Shown here one piece after another: positions 29,921 to 40,036 of a stretch of 64,000 bases of DNA. The notes under the pieces were generated by a model. It was given only the letters and a program-made list of their open reading frames with translations. It was not told the origin of the DNA and did not search any database. Both the position numbers and the translations under genes were made by a program. This stretch comes from a virus (Duplodnaviria > Caudoviricetes), in the IMG/VR virus record IMGVR_UViG_3300024346_000004, one strand, 5' to 3'. Position 1 is the first letter of the stretch; the number at the start of each line of letters is the position of its first letter.

Positions 29921-30513
29921 GATTCTACAACTTTTAAATTCCTGTCTAAATAATAATTTTCTTTATTGCCATAAATTCCTGACCAAAGTAAATATATTTT
30001 TTCTTCAAAAGCTGTATGCCAACAATCTTTCCAACCATAATCTTTTTTTGATAGTATTTGAAAATATTTATGTTTAAATTTATCTGCTATTTCTCCACGT
30101 AATTTTAGCATTGCATATATTTCTTCATCTAAATTACTGGAGCTTGATAAAATGTCATCTTGTGCTAATGGATCAATTCTCAATCCATCATAATATATTT
30201 GCTGATATTCTTCTAATAAATATTCTTCAACAACACTAGCAGCACATATTTTTTTATTTTTCGGCAGATTATATATAAAATTGTATGAAAACGAATTATT
30301 TATGAGCCTAATTCGTTTTCTTTGTAATTCTTTTGTGTCAACATTTATAAGATATGAGATATCTTGATTGGATAAGTTTGTAGTAAATATAATACTGGGT
30401 GTGGAAATATTATTCGATAAAGAAGCGTGTAGAGCGAGTAATATATCTGTGAAATTACTTTTGTTTACAAGCTTCTTTATTTCTTTGTTAAAATATATTT
30501 CAATATTTTCCAA
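29908..30513 (-). CDS. Hypothetical protein
   Basis: 201-aa ORF abutting the upstream gene. Confidence 0.65.
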   Translation of the reverse strand: MENIEIYFNKEIKKLVNKSNFTDILLALHASLSNNISTPSIIFTTNLSNQDISYLINVDTKELQRKRIRLINNSFSYNFIYNLPKNKKICAASVVEEYLLEEYQQIYYDGLRIDPLAQDDILSSSSNLDEEIYAMLKLRGEIADKFKHKYFQILSKKDYGWKDCWHTAFEEKIYLLWSGIYGNKENYYLDRNLKVVESWIT

Positions 30514-30780
30514 TTAAACTTTTTTCTTGAACAATGCGTAAGCCATATCTTTAATATAAGGTGTCAATTTCCCTCTTGTATTGTGCCTTATATTATCCAA
30601 ACCATTATTTGCTTCTTCTATTTTTTTAAGCAATATTTTCTTTTTTGCTTCGAGCTCTTTATCAGAAGGGTTATAATTCAATTGCTTGTAGAAAAGATCT
30701 CGTAAAGCTTTGTCAACAATATCCGTAATTACTTTTACTTCATATGATGGATCTGAACCAGAAGCTTTTCTATACCACAT
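30514..30780 (-). CDS. Small hypothetical protein, MWYRKAS N-terminus
   Basis: 88 aa; N-terminus shared with 29041..29367. Confidence 0.7.
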   Translation of the reverse strand: MWYRKASGSDPSYEVKVITDIVDKALRDLFYKQLNYNPSDKELEAKKKILLKKIEEANNGLDNIRHNTRGKLTPYIKDMAYALFKKKV

Positions 30781-30782
30781 AA

Positions 30783-31013
30783 TTAATAATTCTTTCCTTC
30801 AATAACATGATTCTCATTAATTACAAAAGCAACATTTTGAGAAGGAATGTTAAATAAACAAACATTCATCTTATCATCTTTGTAAATAACATGAAAATCT
30901 TTGCCCACAATTAATATGCCATCAATACCACCAACACAGGTGCCAGGGTTATATGTGTAAATTTTCCACTTACCTACACCTCTATTTTGAATACTACTGT
31001 CATTTAATGCCAT
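30783..31013 (-). CDS. Small beta-rich hypothetical protein
   Basis: 76 aa; GAGGT ribosome-binding site. Confidence 0.7.
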   Translation of the reverse strand: MALNDSSIQNRGVGKWKIYTYNPGTCVGGIDGILIVGKDFHVIYKDDKMNVCLFNIPSQNVAFVINENHVIEGKNY

Positions 31014-31039
31014 AGTAATACCTCACTTTCCGTATATTT

Positions 31040-31069
31040 ATATCCTTGATTTATCACGCTATATCCTTT
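31040..31069 (-). promoter_or_regulatory. AGGA-N18-type promoter
   Basis: AAAGGA-N18-GGATAT, upstream of 30783..31013. Confidence 0.55.
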
Positions 31070-31106
31070 AATTTGCATGTGGATTACTATATGGTAATAT
31101 GAGTTT

Positions 31107-32999
31107 ATGGAACAAAATATGCTCATCAAGTTCTTTTCATCTAAAGAATTTAAAAACATCGGCGAAGCAAAAGCACAAAAAATCATAGATGCATTTGGTG
31201 AAAATAGTATAGATGTTCTGATGGCAAATCCAAAAGCTATCTATGAAATGTCTGATTTAGCTGACACAGATAAATCCACTGTCTACAATTATTTTACCAA
31301 TAAAGATAAAAATACAATCAATAATCTTATCAAATTGGGTTTATCATTTACATTCGCCCAAAAGGTAATGATGTATTTTGGCGTTAACTGCACAAATGAT
31401 ATTAAAGATAACCCATTTTGTATGCTTGAAATTAACGGCATAGGCTTCAAGAAATGTGATCAAATATATCTAGCTAATCATCAAGATATATATAGTCAAC
31501 TTCGTTTCACCGCTGCTGTAACCCATATATTACAAGAATCGACTAATATTGGACACTGTTATTTGGCGAGTAATGAACTTTATAATGAAATAAATAATTT
31601 ATTAATCAACAAACAAAAATATCCAGCACAACAATATAAGCAATATTTGATTGACCTTAATAAAAATCATTCAATCATTATTCAAAACGATAATATATAT
31701 CTTCCATATTTGTATTATGCTGAAAGATCATCAGCTAAATTACTTACAGATTTGGATACATATGAATATGATTTTAACAAAGTAGCAGAACATTGCACTG
31801 AATATAATTTTAAGTCATTGTCTGATGAACAAAACTATGCTATCAATAGTGTTTTGAAGAATAATGTTACTATCATTACTGGTGGACCTGGAGTAGGTAA
31901 AACACACGTAGTAAAAGGTATTGTTCAAGCTTTGAAATACTTTAATGTTAATTATGCGCTTTGTTCTCCCACTGGTAAAGCAGCCGATAGATTGTCTAAA
32001 TCTTCTGATGAGTCTGCTTCAACTATCCACAGATTACTAAAAGCTAATCATACTGGTGGTTTTGATAAGAATGAATATGAATTGCTGGAACATGAAGTTA
32101 TTATTGTTGATGAAGCTTCGATGTTAGATATCAATCTATTTAATTCTTTATTAAAGGCTATGAATACATCTACTAAGCTTGTTTTAGTAGGCGATATCAA
32201 TCAGTTGCCTTCAGTAGGACCGGGTAATCTACTAAATGATCTTATTAGCTCACAATTGTTCCCTGTTTGTAGATTGACCAAAATTTTCCGTCAAACATCT
32301 ACAAATACAATTATCAATACAGCTCACAAGATTTTAAAAGGTGAAGATCCTGACTTGATTCAAGCTTCCGAGGGGTCAAATTGCTTCTTTTATCAAACTA
32401 ATGAAGAAAATCTTGTTAATAGAATAACTAAGCTATATCGCAAGCTTATGGATAATAAATATACACCTCAGCAAATTCAAATAATGACCCCCAAAAAAAT
32501 TGGACCTTTAGGCAGTGTAGAACTTAATAAAATGCTACAAAATGAACTAAATCCTAAAATCAAAGGTGTAGATGAATTCGCTAATGATTACAAAACATTC
32601 CGAACAGGTGATAAAGTAATTCAAAATAAAAATAATAAAACCAAGAATGTATTCAATGGAGAAACAGGCATTATTGTCAATATTTCTAGCTCAATTAGAG
32701 TTGATTATAATGGAAAGATCATTGAATATGTTCCTGCTGAATTAGTAGAATTAGATTTGGCTTATGTAATTACCGTTCATAAATCTCAAGGCAGCGAATA
32801 CGAAGTTGTAGTATTCTTGCAATATAATCAATATTTTCCATTACTTCAAAGAAAACTTCTATATACTGCTGTCACAAGAAGTAAATCATATTGTTTTATC
32901 TTAGGCGATTATAACAGCATGATCAAGTCTATAGAAAATTTATCTGAAAGTAAAAGAAATACCAGCTTGATAACAAGATTAAAGGAATCAACAGTATAA
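31107..32999 (+). CDS. recD2: RecD2-like SF1B DNA helicase
   Basis: HhH motifs (KNIGEAKA, INGIGFKKCD), TGGPGVGKT, VDEASM, VGDINQLPSVG, LTKIFRQ, LAYVITVHKSQGSEY, LYTAVTR. Confidence 0.93.
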   Translation: MEQNMLIKFFSSKEFKNIGEAKAQKIIDAFGENSIDVLMANPKAIYEMSDLADTDKSTVYNYFTNKDKNTINNLIKLGLSFTFAQKVMMYFGVNCTNDIKDNPFCMLEINGIGFKKCDQIYLANHQDIYSQLRFTAAVTHILQESTNIGHCYLASNELYNEINNLLINKQKYPAQQYKQYLIDLNKNHSIIIQNDNIYLPYLYYAERSSAKLLTDLDTYEYDFNKVAEHCTEYNFKSLSDEQNYAINSVLKNNVTIITGGPGVGKTHVVKGIVQALKYFNVNYALCSPTGKAADRLSKSSDESASTIHRLLKANHTGGFDKNEYELLEHEVIIVDEASMLDINLFNSLLKAMNTSTKLVLVGDINQLPSVGPGNLLNDLISSQLFPVCRLTKIFRQTSTNTIINTAHKILKGEDPDLIQASEGSNCFFYQTNEENLVNRITKLYRKLMDNKYTPQQIQIMTPKKIGPLGSVELNKMLQNELNPKIKGVDEFANDYKTFRTGDKVIQNKNNKTKNVFNGETGIIVNISSSIRVDYNGKIIEYVPAELVELDLAYVITVHKSQGSEYEVVVFLQYNQYFPLLQRKLLYTAVTRSKSYCFILGDYNSMIKSIENLSESKRNTSLITRLKESTV

Positions 33000-33029
33000 A
33001 GCTCTAAAATATAATAAGAGGTATGTTTT

Positions 33030-33941
33030 ATGGACTTTAGAGAAGTTTTTTCACAAGCTGGCCCAAATGCTAAAGAAAGAGCAGATAGACAATTTGCTCA
33101 AACATATAGCCATGATAAAGATCTTATTGATTTAAGAGACCCAAGTGATAGAGAATTAGTTAAATCTATCAATCCTAAAGTTATGGAAGTGGTTGAAGCA
33201 TACGAATCGATGCCACAAAAATACGTCCCTACAAAACCATATGTAGTAAGATTCGGTAATAAAACAGTAATTATCCCTCCTGTTAAGGGATTAAAAGAGA
33301 AATTTGAAAAAGAATTAGCTCCTCTCTGTTTTATGAGCGAAGAAACAGCAGAACGTAATGTAGGAAGTGCTAGAAATTTTATTCAGAATGTAGGATTACT
33401 TCATACAGATAGACCTAAATCTGCAACATTACATGTAAGATACTCTACTGGTACAGATTCAGGAATTAGTGCTGATACTGAAAGAGAAGTCGCCTTAATC
33501 CCTAGATTAGATAGATTAGTACAATCTTTACCTCCAGATTATACTAGATCATTAGGTTTAGTAGAAAAAGGTTCACATAAATTAATGTGGCAAACTAGCT
33601 TGATGAGAGCTATGTTTGATGATACTTATCGTAATGAGATTATAGACACACTAACTCCATTTGAAAAAGGTGTTTTAAGATCTAAAGTTTCAACATTATA
33701 TGCTTTGAAAAATAAGTATGAAAATGATCCAGAAGCATTTATGGCAGAAATTAGTTGGGATCAATTAACCGCTCAATTACTAAAAGATCTAGATAGAAAA
33801 TTTGAATATACAAAAATTCACTCTGCTAGATTAAAAACAGGTAAAAACTGGTATCCTGTAGACTTCCCAGGAATGATCAAAGAATTTATCACAGGAACAA
33901 AACATCCTGAAACTCTACATTCTGAAGAAGAATACGAATAA
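33030..33941 (+). CDS. Hypothetical protein
   Basis: 303 aa; GAGGT ribosome-binding site. Confidence 0.75.
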   Translation: MDFREVFSQAGPNAKERADRQFAQTYSHDKDLIDLRDPSDRELVKSINPKVMEVVEAYESMPQKYVPTKPYVVRFGNKTVIIPPVKGLKEKFEKELAPLCFMSEETAERNVGSARNFIQNVGLLHTDRPKSATLHVRYSTGTDSGISADTEREVALIPRLDRLVQSLPPDYTRSLGLVEKGSHKLMWQTSLMRAMFDDTYRNEIIDTLTPFEKGVLRSKVSTLYALKNKYENDPEAFMAEISWDQLTAQLLKDLDRKFEYTKIHSARLKTGKNWYPVDFPGMIKEFITGTKHPETLHSEEEYE

Positions 33942-33942
33942 A

Positions 33943-33974
33943 AATAAGGCTGAAACATTAGTTTCAGCCTTATT
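33943..33974. terminator. Perfect 14-bp hairpin, probable (bidirectional) terminator
   Basis: AATAAGGCTGAAAC-ATTA-GTTTCAGCCTTATT directly after the stop at 33941. Confidence 0.75.
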
Positions 33975-34005
33975 CTCCTTAAGTATGCGTGTATAATGTC
34001 TGTAT

Positions 34006-35382
34006 ATGTCTGATATCATTAAAAGCAATACTCAGCGGTGTGCTTTCTGTACTAAGAAAGCTACTGAAAAAATTACAGACCATTTGAATTTATTTTCAAA
34101 AGATAATGCTCTTTATTTATGTGAAGCTCATTTTAACAGTTTTCAAGTTGGAACTGTTTTTGGGCAGATGGAAATAAATGCTAAAATTATTTCTATTTTA
34201 TCTAATATAGACGATGATCTCACTGGAGAGACATTGAAAAATAGAGTATATACATTAGTACCTTTGGGAAAAACACAAGTTGATTCATCGCCTCAATCAA
34301 GGCCTGTTTCATTTTCTGAATTTAGCCCAAAATATTTCTATGAGTCTTTGAATAAAAAAGTAATTGGTCAAGAAGATGCTAAAAAGAGAGTATCTTTGGC
34401 TGTATATGAGCATGTAAAATCATCATTTGACAAAAATGAATCTAATGATAGGCACAATATACTTCTTCTTGGCGCATCGGGAAGTGGCAAAACTTTCATC
34501 ATCAATAATGTTGCCAAAGACTTAAATGTTCCTTTTGTCGTAGGTGATGCTACTTCATATTCTCCCACAGGTTTTCAAGGTTCAGATGCGGATTCATGTA
34601 TACACGATCTTTGGACATCAGTAGAAGGCGATATAGAATCAGCTGAACGTGGAGTAGTTTTTATTGATGAAATTGATAAACTAGCTACATATAATCACAC
34701 TGGATCAAGATCTGAATCTTTTAATCAGTCTACACAGTCTACTATGTTGAAGCTTATAGAAGGTAAGCGCATAAAAATACCATCATCCGTCACAGGTGAT
34801 ACTGGTAGCCCGCCTCCATATATATCTACTAATAAAATATTATTCTGTTTTGGCGGGGCTTTTAATGGTCTGCATAAAATCGTAGCTAAGAAAATGGGGA
34901 AAAAAGAAAAAACCATTGGATTACGATCAGACGCAGATTACAATGAAGAATATCAAAAACAATTAGAATCTTATGAAATCTTAAGATCTGCTTCTCAAGA
35001 TGTCCTTATAGAAAGCCTTATAGAATATGGATTATCTGCTGAATTTGTAGGTAGAATTCAAAATATTGTTGCATTAGCTCCTTTAAACAAAGAAGAACTA
35101 ATGAAATGTTTAGTAGAAATTGAAACATCACCTGTCAATAAACAACAGATTCTTTTTGCCGAGTCTGGTATACATTTGATATTTGAAGAAGATTTTCTAA
35201 ATCATGTTATTGATAAAGTTGAAAAAATGGGTACAGGTACAAGAGCTCTTAACACATTAGTAAAGAAATCTGTATCTTATGCTGCATTTGAACACCTTGG
35301 TCATTCAGGTAAGAAACCAAAGAGTATTACCATCATACAGGAATGCTTAGAAAATCCTGAGAAATATCATATAGAGTATTAA
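34006..35382 (+). CDS. clpX: ClpX-like AAA+ unfoldase
   Basis: N-terminal CAFC...CEAH zinc domain, VIGQEDAK, GASGSGKT, FIDEIDK, LKLIEG, GGAF, IGL loop, EFVGR, GTRAL. Confidence 0.9.
   Translation: MSDIIKSNTQRCAFCTKKATEKITDHLNLFSKDNALYLCEAHFNSFQVGTVFGQMEINAKIISILSNIDDDLTGETLKNRVYTLVPLGKTQVDSSPQSRPVSFSEFSPKYFYESLNKKVIGQEDAKKRVSLAVYEHVKSSFDKNESNDRHNILLLGASGSGKTFIINNVAKDLNVPFVVGDATSYSPTGFQGSDADSCIHDLWTSVEGDIESAERGVVFIDEIDKLATYNHTGSRSESFNQSTQSTMLKLIEGKRIKIPSSVTGDTGSPPPYISTNKILFCFGGAFNGLHKIVAKKMGKKEKTIGLRSDADYNEEYQKQLESYEILRSASQDVLIESLIEYGLSAEFVGRIQNIVALAPLNKEELMKCLVEIETSPVNKQQILFAESGIHLIFEEDFLNHVIDKVEKMGTGTRALNTLVKKSVSYAAFEHLGHSGKKPKSITIIQECLENPEKYHIEY
35337..35366 (+). promoter_or_regulatory. 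AGGA-N18-GAA promoter inside the clpX 3' end
   Basis: ACAGGA-N18-GAAATA, 34 nt before the TTG at 35400. Confidence 0.6.
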
Positions 35383-35399
35383 AAATATAAGGTGATATT

Positions 35400-36959
35400 T
35401 TGAGCAAATATATTAAGAAAATTGTTGATTTAAACAGATATACTACAGATTCAGAAGCTAATGTAAAGCTATCTTATAAAACTCTCGAAGCAATTTCATC
35501 CTTATGGGTCAAGGTTGCTGATAACCCTGTCACCCCTACAGTACCCGATGTTACTCGTGCTATTGGTGTTCAAACTACTTCTAGAGATATTGCTAACTAT
35601 ACCAAAATTGTAGATCATTTTTTAAATCTTTTAATGAAGAGCACAAATCAAAAATATAATCAAAAAATATATAAATATGATTTTGTTTTTACTTCTAATC
35701 CTGAAATAGATCCAGAAGCAACTTTGCATAAGAATGAGATTGACAAAAAGTTTGATGAATTAAAAGCAGCTGAACCTACTCCAAGTTTTGAAACTAAATA
35801 TCGTAAAGCTGGTGGTAGCAGTTGGACAGCATATAGCGATGTAATTTTTTATATTGAAAGTACAGGGTTCAGTGGAACTCTTGAAACTGATGATACTACT
35901 ACTCCAACTCCAACAATTAATGCTACTGTATTATATAATTTGCCTTCAGCTCCTAGGCATAATAATCCAGCATATTTGAGTTATAGTAATACAGCTAAAG
36001 TAGCATTACTCAATCTTTGTACAAGCAGAGGCATCCCACCCGTAGCACCTGGGTCACCTCTTAACACTTATGAAGATTATAAAAACAGTATCATTGCATC
36101 TTTCGGAACTCCTACAGTAAAACAAAAAAAGATTCGATCTAGTAATCCTATTGAAGGTGTAATACCAAAAACAGATGACGAATATTTTATAATTGATTTA
36201 GTAAAATTAGTTAACACTAAGACAGCGCCACCACCTGGTATGCCAAGAGAGAATTATGAATATATTTTAAATAAATCTGGCGTTTTGACCTGGGCGGGTG
36301 TTTCAGAAACAGATCCTAGCGTATATAATCCAGCGTTGCTACCTTATGATCCAAATAAATTTGCTGTAGGGGATGTTGAAAAAGCTACATTACTCAACCG
36401 AGATTTGAAAATTCCCGCAAGTATGGGTGGTTTTATTTTAGCTAATGTTTTAGCTTTACGTGCATCTATGATAGCAAGCATTACATCTACAGTAGAATCT
36501 AATTTCGACTTAGATGGTGGACAGATAGCTATTCAAGAAATGTTTAGTGCATTTACTCCTCGACAAGCAAAATTATTCAATGCTAGAGGTTTGGAATCTT
36601 ATGTTGCTAATGATGGAACAGTAAGATTTGATGTAGATAAAACTATGGATTATCTTAAACAAATGGCTAATTACAATGGTATAACACAGTTTTTTGATAA
36701 AAGAATTCAACTTAAGTTGTCTAAATTAATTGATTACCCTATAGAATCTTATGATAATGAAAAAGGTGTAAAGAAAACAACTCCTTACAAAGATTTTATC
36801 AAGAATGCAACATATGAACAATTAGTAGATCCAACCATTATCAGTCTAATAAGAAATATTGCTAGACAAATAGCCGTTGAAATAGGTAAATTAGAGATCA
36901 AATTAGTTCGTTATCAAAGAAGACAGAGAATCGATAAAATCAATAAAGCAGGTGATTAA
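35400..36959 (+). CDS. Hypothetical Pro/Thr-rich protein (putative virion protein)
   Basis: 519 aa; AAGGTGA ribosome-binding site; TTG start. Confidence 0.75.
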   Translation: MSKYIKKIVDLNRYTTDSEANVKLSYKTLEAISSLWVKVADNPVTPTVPDVTRAIGVQTTSRDIANYTKIVDHFLNLLMKSTNQKYNQKIYKYDFVFTSNPEIDPEATLHKNEIDKKFDELKAAEPTPSFETKYRKAGGSSWTAYSDVIFYIESTGFSGTLETDDTTTPTPTINATVLYNLPSAPRHNNPAYLSYSNTAKVALLNLCTSRGIPPVAPGSPLNTYEDYKNSIIASFGTPTVKQKKIRSSNPIEGVIPKTDDEYFIIDLVKLVNTKTAPPPGMPRENYEYILNKSGVLTWAGVSETDPSVYNPALLPYDPNKFAVGDVEKATLLNRDLKIPASMGGFILANVLALRASMIASITSTVESNFDLDGGQIAIQEMFSAFTPRQAKLFNARGLESYVANDGTVRFDVDKTMDYLKQMANYNGITQFFDKRIQLKLSKLIDYPIESYDNEKGVKKTTPYKDFIKNATYEQLVDPTIISLIRNIARQIAVEIGKLEIKLVRYQRRQRIDKINKAGD

Positions 36960-36961
36960 AA

Positions 36962-37774
36962 ATGACTAGAAATGAAAAATATATAGCTTTAAATATAGAG
37001 CTGGATCATTTAGAAAAAGCTATATATGATAATAGAAATACTAAAATGGCTAAAATAGTCACAGCAAATCCGGGTGCTCTCGCTACTATTGGACCTCAAC
37101 TGATTAAAATTGGTGTAAGTTCAGGCACAACAACTCAGTTTTTACAAAAAGCTGGTTCAGGAGCTATTAGTCCAACAACTTTTAGCACAGTATTATCGAG
37201 TGGTATGACAAGTGTTCCTGGACTAAGTAATATGAAGAATCTTAGTCTTGGTTTAAATTCATGGGAAGAAATTGGAAACGTATTACAAGATATTCTTAGT
37301 ACCGCAGAACTAATCGCAAAATTAGCACCTATGATTATCTATACCATTGATTCACTAGTTACTATGGATACTATTTCTCCAGAAGAAGCATCAAAAAAAG
37401 TTCAAGATCCTCTTTATGATTCTAAACAACAAGCTGGTACTGATTCTGAAGCACAAGCACAGATGGGTGGATTTACAGGTGGTGGATTTGGTAACATTCC
37501 TATGAATACAGATCCAACAAAAGTAGATATTACTTCTAGCAACAAAAAAATGACTCGTTTGGCTGCAAATGAGGTCGAATTAACTGGAGCAGATGCTAAT
37601 GCAATGCCAGACTCTGTAAATGGCATTCTAAAGAGATTTATGGCTTTAGCTAATGACCCAACAACTGGTGGTCCTAATGATCCTAGAACAGCTAAAAAGT
37701 TGGAAAATTATTATAACGAACTTAATAGTAAGTATGGTCCAGTATTGAAAAAATTACCTAAGGTCAATCTTTAA
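36962..37774 (+). CDS. Hypothetical protein (putative internal head protein)
   Basis: 270 aa; AGGTGA ribosome-binding site; KIVTAN / TRLAAN motifs. Confidence 0.7.
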   Translation: MTRNEKYIALNIELDHLEKAIYDNRNTKMAKIVTANPGALATIGPQLIKIGVSSGTTTQFLQKAGSGAISPTTFSTVLSSGMTSVPGLSNMKNLSLGLNSWEEIGNVLQDILSTAELIAKLAPMIIYTIDSLVTMDTISPEEASKKVQDPLYDSKQQAGTDSEAQAQMGGFTGGGFGNIPMNTDPTKVDITSSNKKMTRLAANEVELTGADANAMPDSVNGILKRFMALANDPTTGGPNDPRTAKKLENYYNELNSKYGPVLKKLPKVNL

Positions 37775-37776
37775 TT

Positions 37777-38373
37777 ATGAATCATTTAGATATTTATAAA
37801 GTTGCGTCTGACAGGGATAAGAATCTTAATTTTCAAGAAGCTGACCATTTAGATAATGAATTGATCAAAATTGCACAAAATTTAAGTGTTCCAGGTGCAG
37901 TAGTTACAAGTCCATCTGAAATGTTTTTCGGTGGGGCAAATTCTCAATATGGTTTTTCCCAATTGCCAGGAGCTTCTATTCAAGGTAAAGGTGCTAAAAG
38001 ACCAGATTTATTCTTTCACGAACCTGGTTCTGATTCAAGATTTAGAATAAACCCAGCTACAGGTAGAGAATATTCTTACGATGAGATTAAAGTATTGCAA
38101 GAACGTGAATTGATGAATCAGCAAACTAGAAATCCTCAATATGAACAGGCATTTGAGAATCAGTGGAATAATTATTACCAGACATTAATTCAACAGGGTG
38201 CTACTCCTGATATGCTACAAAATGTATTATATCATTGGGGTGAAAAATTAGCTGCTAAGGTCAAAACTGGTATGACTCCTGCACAATTTTTCTCTCAGTA
38301 TGGAATTATTAATCCACAGCTTAGAACAAGCCTTATGAATCTATTACAACAGGAATCTTTACTTAAGAATTAA
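37777..38373 (+). CDS. Hypothetical protein (putative internal head protein)
   Basis: 198 aa; N-terminal YKVASDRD...EADHLDNELIKIAQ. Confidence 0.7.
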   Translation: MNHLDIYKVASDRDKNLNFQEADHLDNELIKIAQNLSVPGAVVTSPSEMFFGGANSQYGFSQLPGASIQGKGAKRPDLFFHEPGSDSRFRINPATGREYSYDEIKVLQERELMNQQTRNPQYEQAFENQWNNYYQTLIQQGATPDMLQNVLYHWGEKLAAKVKTGMTPAQFFSQYGIINPQLRTSLMNLLQQESLLKN

Positions 38374-38390
38374 ATGTATAATTGGACATT

Positions 38391-39137
38391 ATGACATGTC
38401 CATTATATTGTTCTAAAGTAAATCAATGCTTTGTAAAAATTACTTCTAATACAAACATTCTATCTCATCTTACATCAATCCCCTTAAATCTTGTAGACAG
38501 TCAATGGTCCGAAGATTGCAAGGGGATTTTTGCTAATTGTTCTTTTGTTGAAAAAACTACAGAAGAAATTAAAGAAGAAGCACCTGATACTTCCGAAGCA
38601 CAAGAAGAGCCAGTTATTGAAATAGAAGATGTCAAAGTACGTATTTTCAAATTAGATAATCCATATGTGGTCAAAGCTGATGTACTTGTTTATCCTAATA
38701 ATATGCTTTTGAATATTGATGATCCTTTGCTTGCAAGAATGACTAAAAATAAAATGCAAGATTATTTGGATAAAGTCAAACGTCCTATTAAAATGGGTTC
38801 GGTACATGAATCAGAATCTTTTGGAATCGTTCCTAAGAAGGTTTACCATGCAATTATTTCTGGTGAAAGCAGATTAGTTAGTGAAGAAGATATTAGAATC
38901 TGCACAAGAAAATCTTTATTATTAGCAGAAGAAGCACAAGCAAGAACTGTTGTCTATATTCCATTTGACTGCGGAACACATGACATTCTTGACACAGCTA
39001 GAACACAATTAGCAGCAATTAAGACCTTTTTAAAGCAAAATAAGGACCTACAATACATTAAAAATATCTTTATTGTAATGGAAGATGAGGAATCTTACAA
39101 TGTTTTCATGGAATATTATAATAGAATATTTAAGTAA
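38391..39137 (+). CDS. Macrodomain-like protein with a Cys-rich N-terminus (degenerate active site)
   Basis: KADVLVYPNN, MGSVHESESFGIVPKKVYHAII, ARTVVYIPFDCG and IKNIFIV fit the macro fold order. ATG 38391 is preferred over TTG 38382. Confidence 0.7.
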   Translation: MTCPLYCSKVNQCFVKITSNTNILSHLTSIPLNLVDSQWSEDCKGIFANCSFVEKTTEEIKEEAPDTSEAQEEPVIEIEDVKVRIFKLDNPYVVKADVLVYPNNMLLNIDDPLLARMTKNKMQDYLDKVKRPIKMGSVHESESFGIVPKKVYHAIISGESRLVSEEDIRICTRKSLLLAEEAQARTVVYIPFDCGTHDILDTARTQLAAIKTFLKQNKDLQYIKNIFIVMEDEESYNVFMEYYNRIFK

Positions 39138-39142
39138 AGGTA

Positions 39143-39478
39143 TTGTTTATGCAGCCAAAATCAGATGCTATATTACAAGCGTTTATGGACAGCTTTACAT
39201 TTCCACTATGGCTTGTTGATTCTAATCATAATATTTTAATGAATGAGTATGCTCTAGGGTTATCTAATTCTGGTTTTGATATAAGATCTAGAATTGGCAA
39301 AATGCGGTTAGGTGATACAAAAAATATTGTTTATAATGGAATAAAATATAAAATTCACAGTAAAGATATTAATCACGGCACAAACTGCTTAGTATTCACA
39401 ATGGAAAAAATACTTGATGATGTTGTTAGGCTCAAAGAATCAACATCTAAATTAAGGAAAGTATTAGGCTCAGTATAA
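39143..39478 (+). CDS. Small PAS-like domain protein
   Basis: ILQAFMDSFTFPLWLVDSNHNILMNEYA resembles a PAS N-terminus; start may be ATG 39149. Confidence 0.5.
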   Translation: MFMQPKSDAILQAFMDSFTFPLWLVDSNHNILMNEYALGLSNSGFDIRSRIGKMRLGDTKNIVYNGIKYKIHSKDINHGTNCLVFTMEKILDDVVRLKESTSKLRKVLGSV

Positions 39479-40036
39479 TTGATGGAACATAATGATGATG
39501 ATTTCAATTACAGAGATCTCAAAAATATAATAAACGCACAAACAGAAGCTTATGTAGAATTCAATAATGCACTAGTAAGAATCATAGAACTTCAAAAACA
39601 GATTAAAGAAGAAATTAATCGTGTTGGGGATACTGATTTAGACGAGCTTAAAGGCATTTCTGAAAAAATAACCAAAGTTACTACTTTACTGGAATTATTT
39701 ACTGATAATAAAAACAGTCTAGCTAATGAGATGGACGAGTACAATGCTGTTCTTTCTGATTTCGGTTCAGAATTACAGAGTTTTAAATTCGACTTAGAAA
39801 GAATTATTCTTACCCAAGCTTCTAATAATGAATATGAAAAACTGAATAGATCTTTCAACGACAAATCAAATACTTTAAAATCCCTTATTGATACTTTGGG
39901 TAAAAAAGTAGATTCTATGCAAGGTACACAAGATAAAGCATATAGCCAAGTTCAAAAATTCTTATGGGGCTTAGGCGGAGCTTGGTTCGTTATTCAATTT
40001 TTAATTAGTATTGGACTGTATAATCTTAGGAAATGA
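39479..40036 (+). CDS. Coiled-coil protein with a C-terminal transmembrane helix
   Basis: Heptad-rich body, ends FLWGLGGAWFVIQFLISIGLY; start may be ATG 39482. Confidence 0.7.
   Translation: MMEHNDDDFNYRDLKNIINAQTEAYVEFNNALVRIIELQKQIKEEINRVGDTDLDELKGISEKITKVTTLLELFTDNKNSLANEMDEYNAVLSDFGSELQSFKFDLERIILTQASNNEYEKLNRSFNDKSNTLKSLIDTLGKKVDSMQGTQDKAYSQVQKFLWGLGGAWFVIQFLISIGLYNLRK

Noticed and set aside
29003-38382. ACAGGA/AAAGGA at 29003, 32981 and 38349 as further late-type promoters
   Set aside because: There is no GAA box at the 18-nt spacing, so they were not counted (32981 may be a weak variant).
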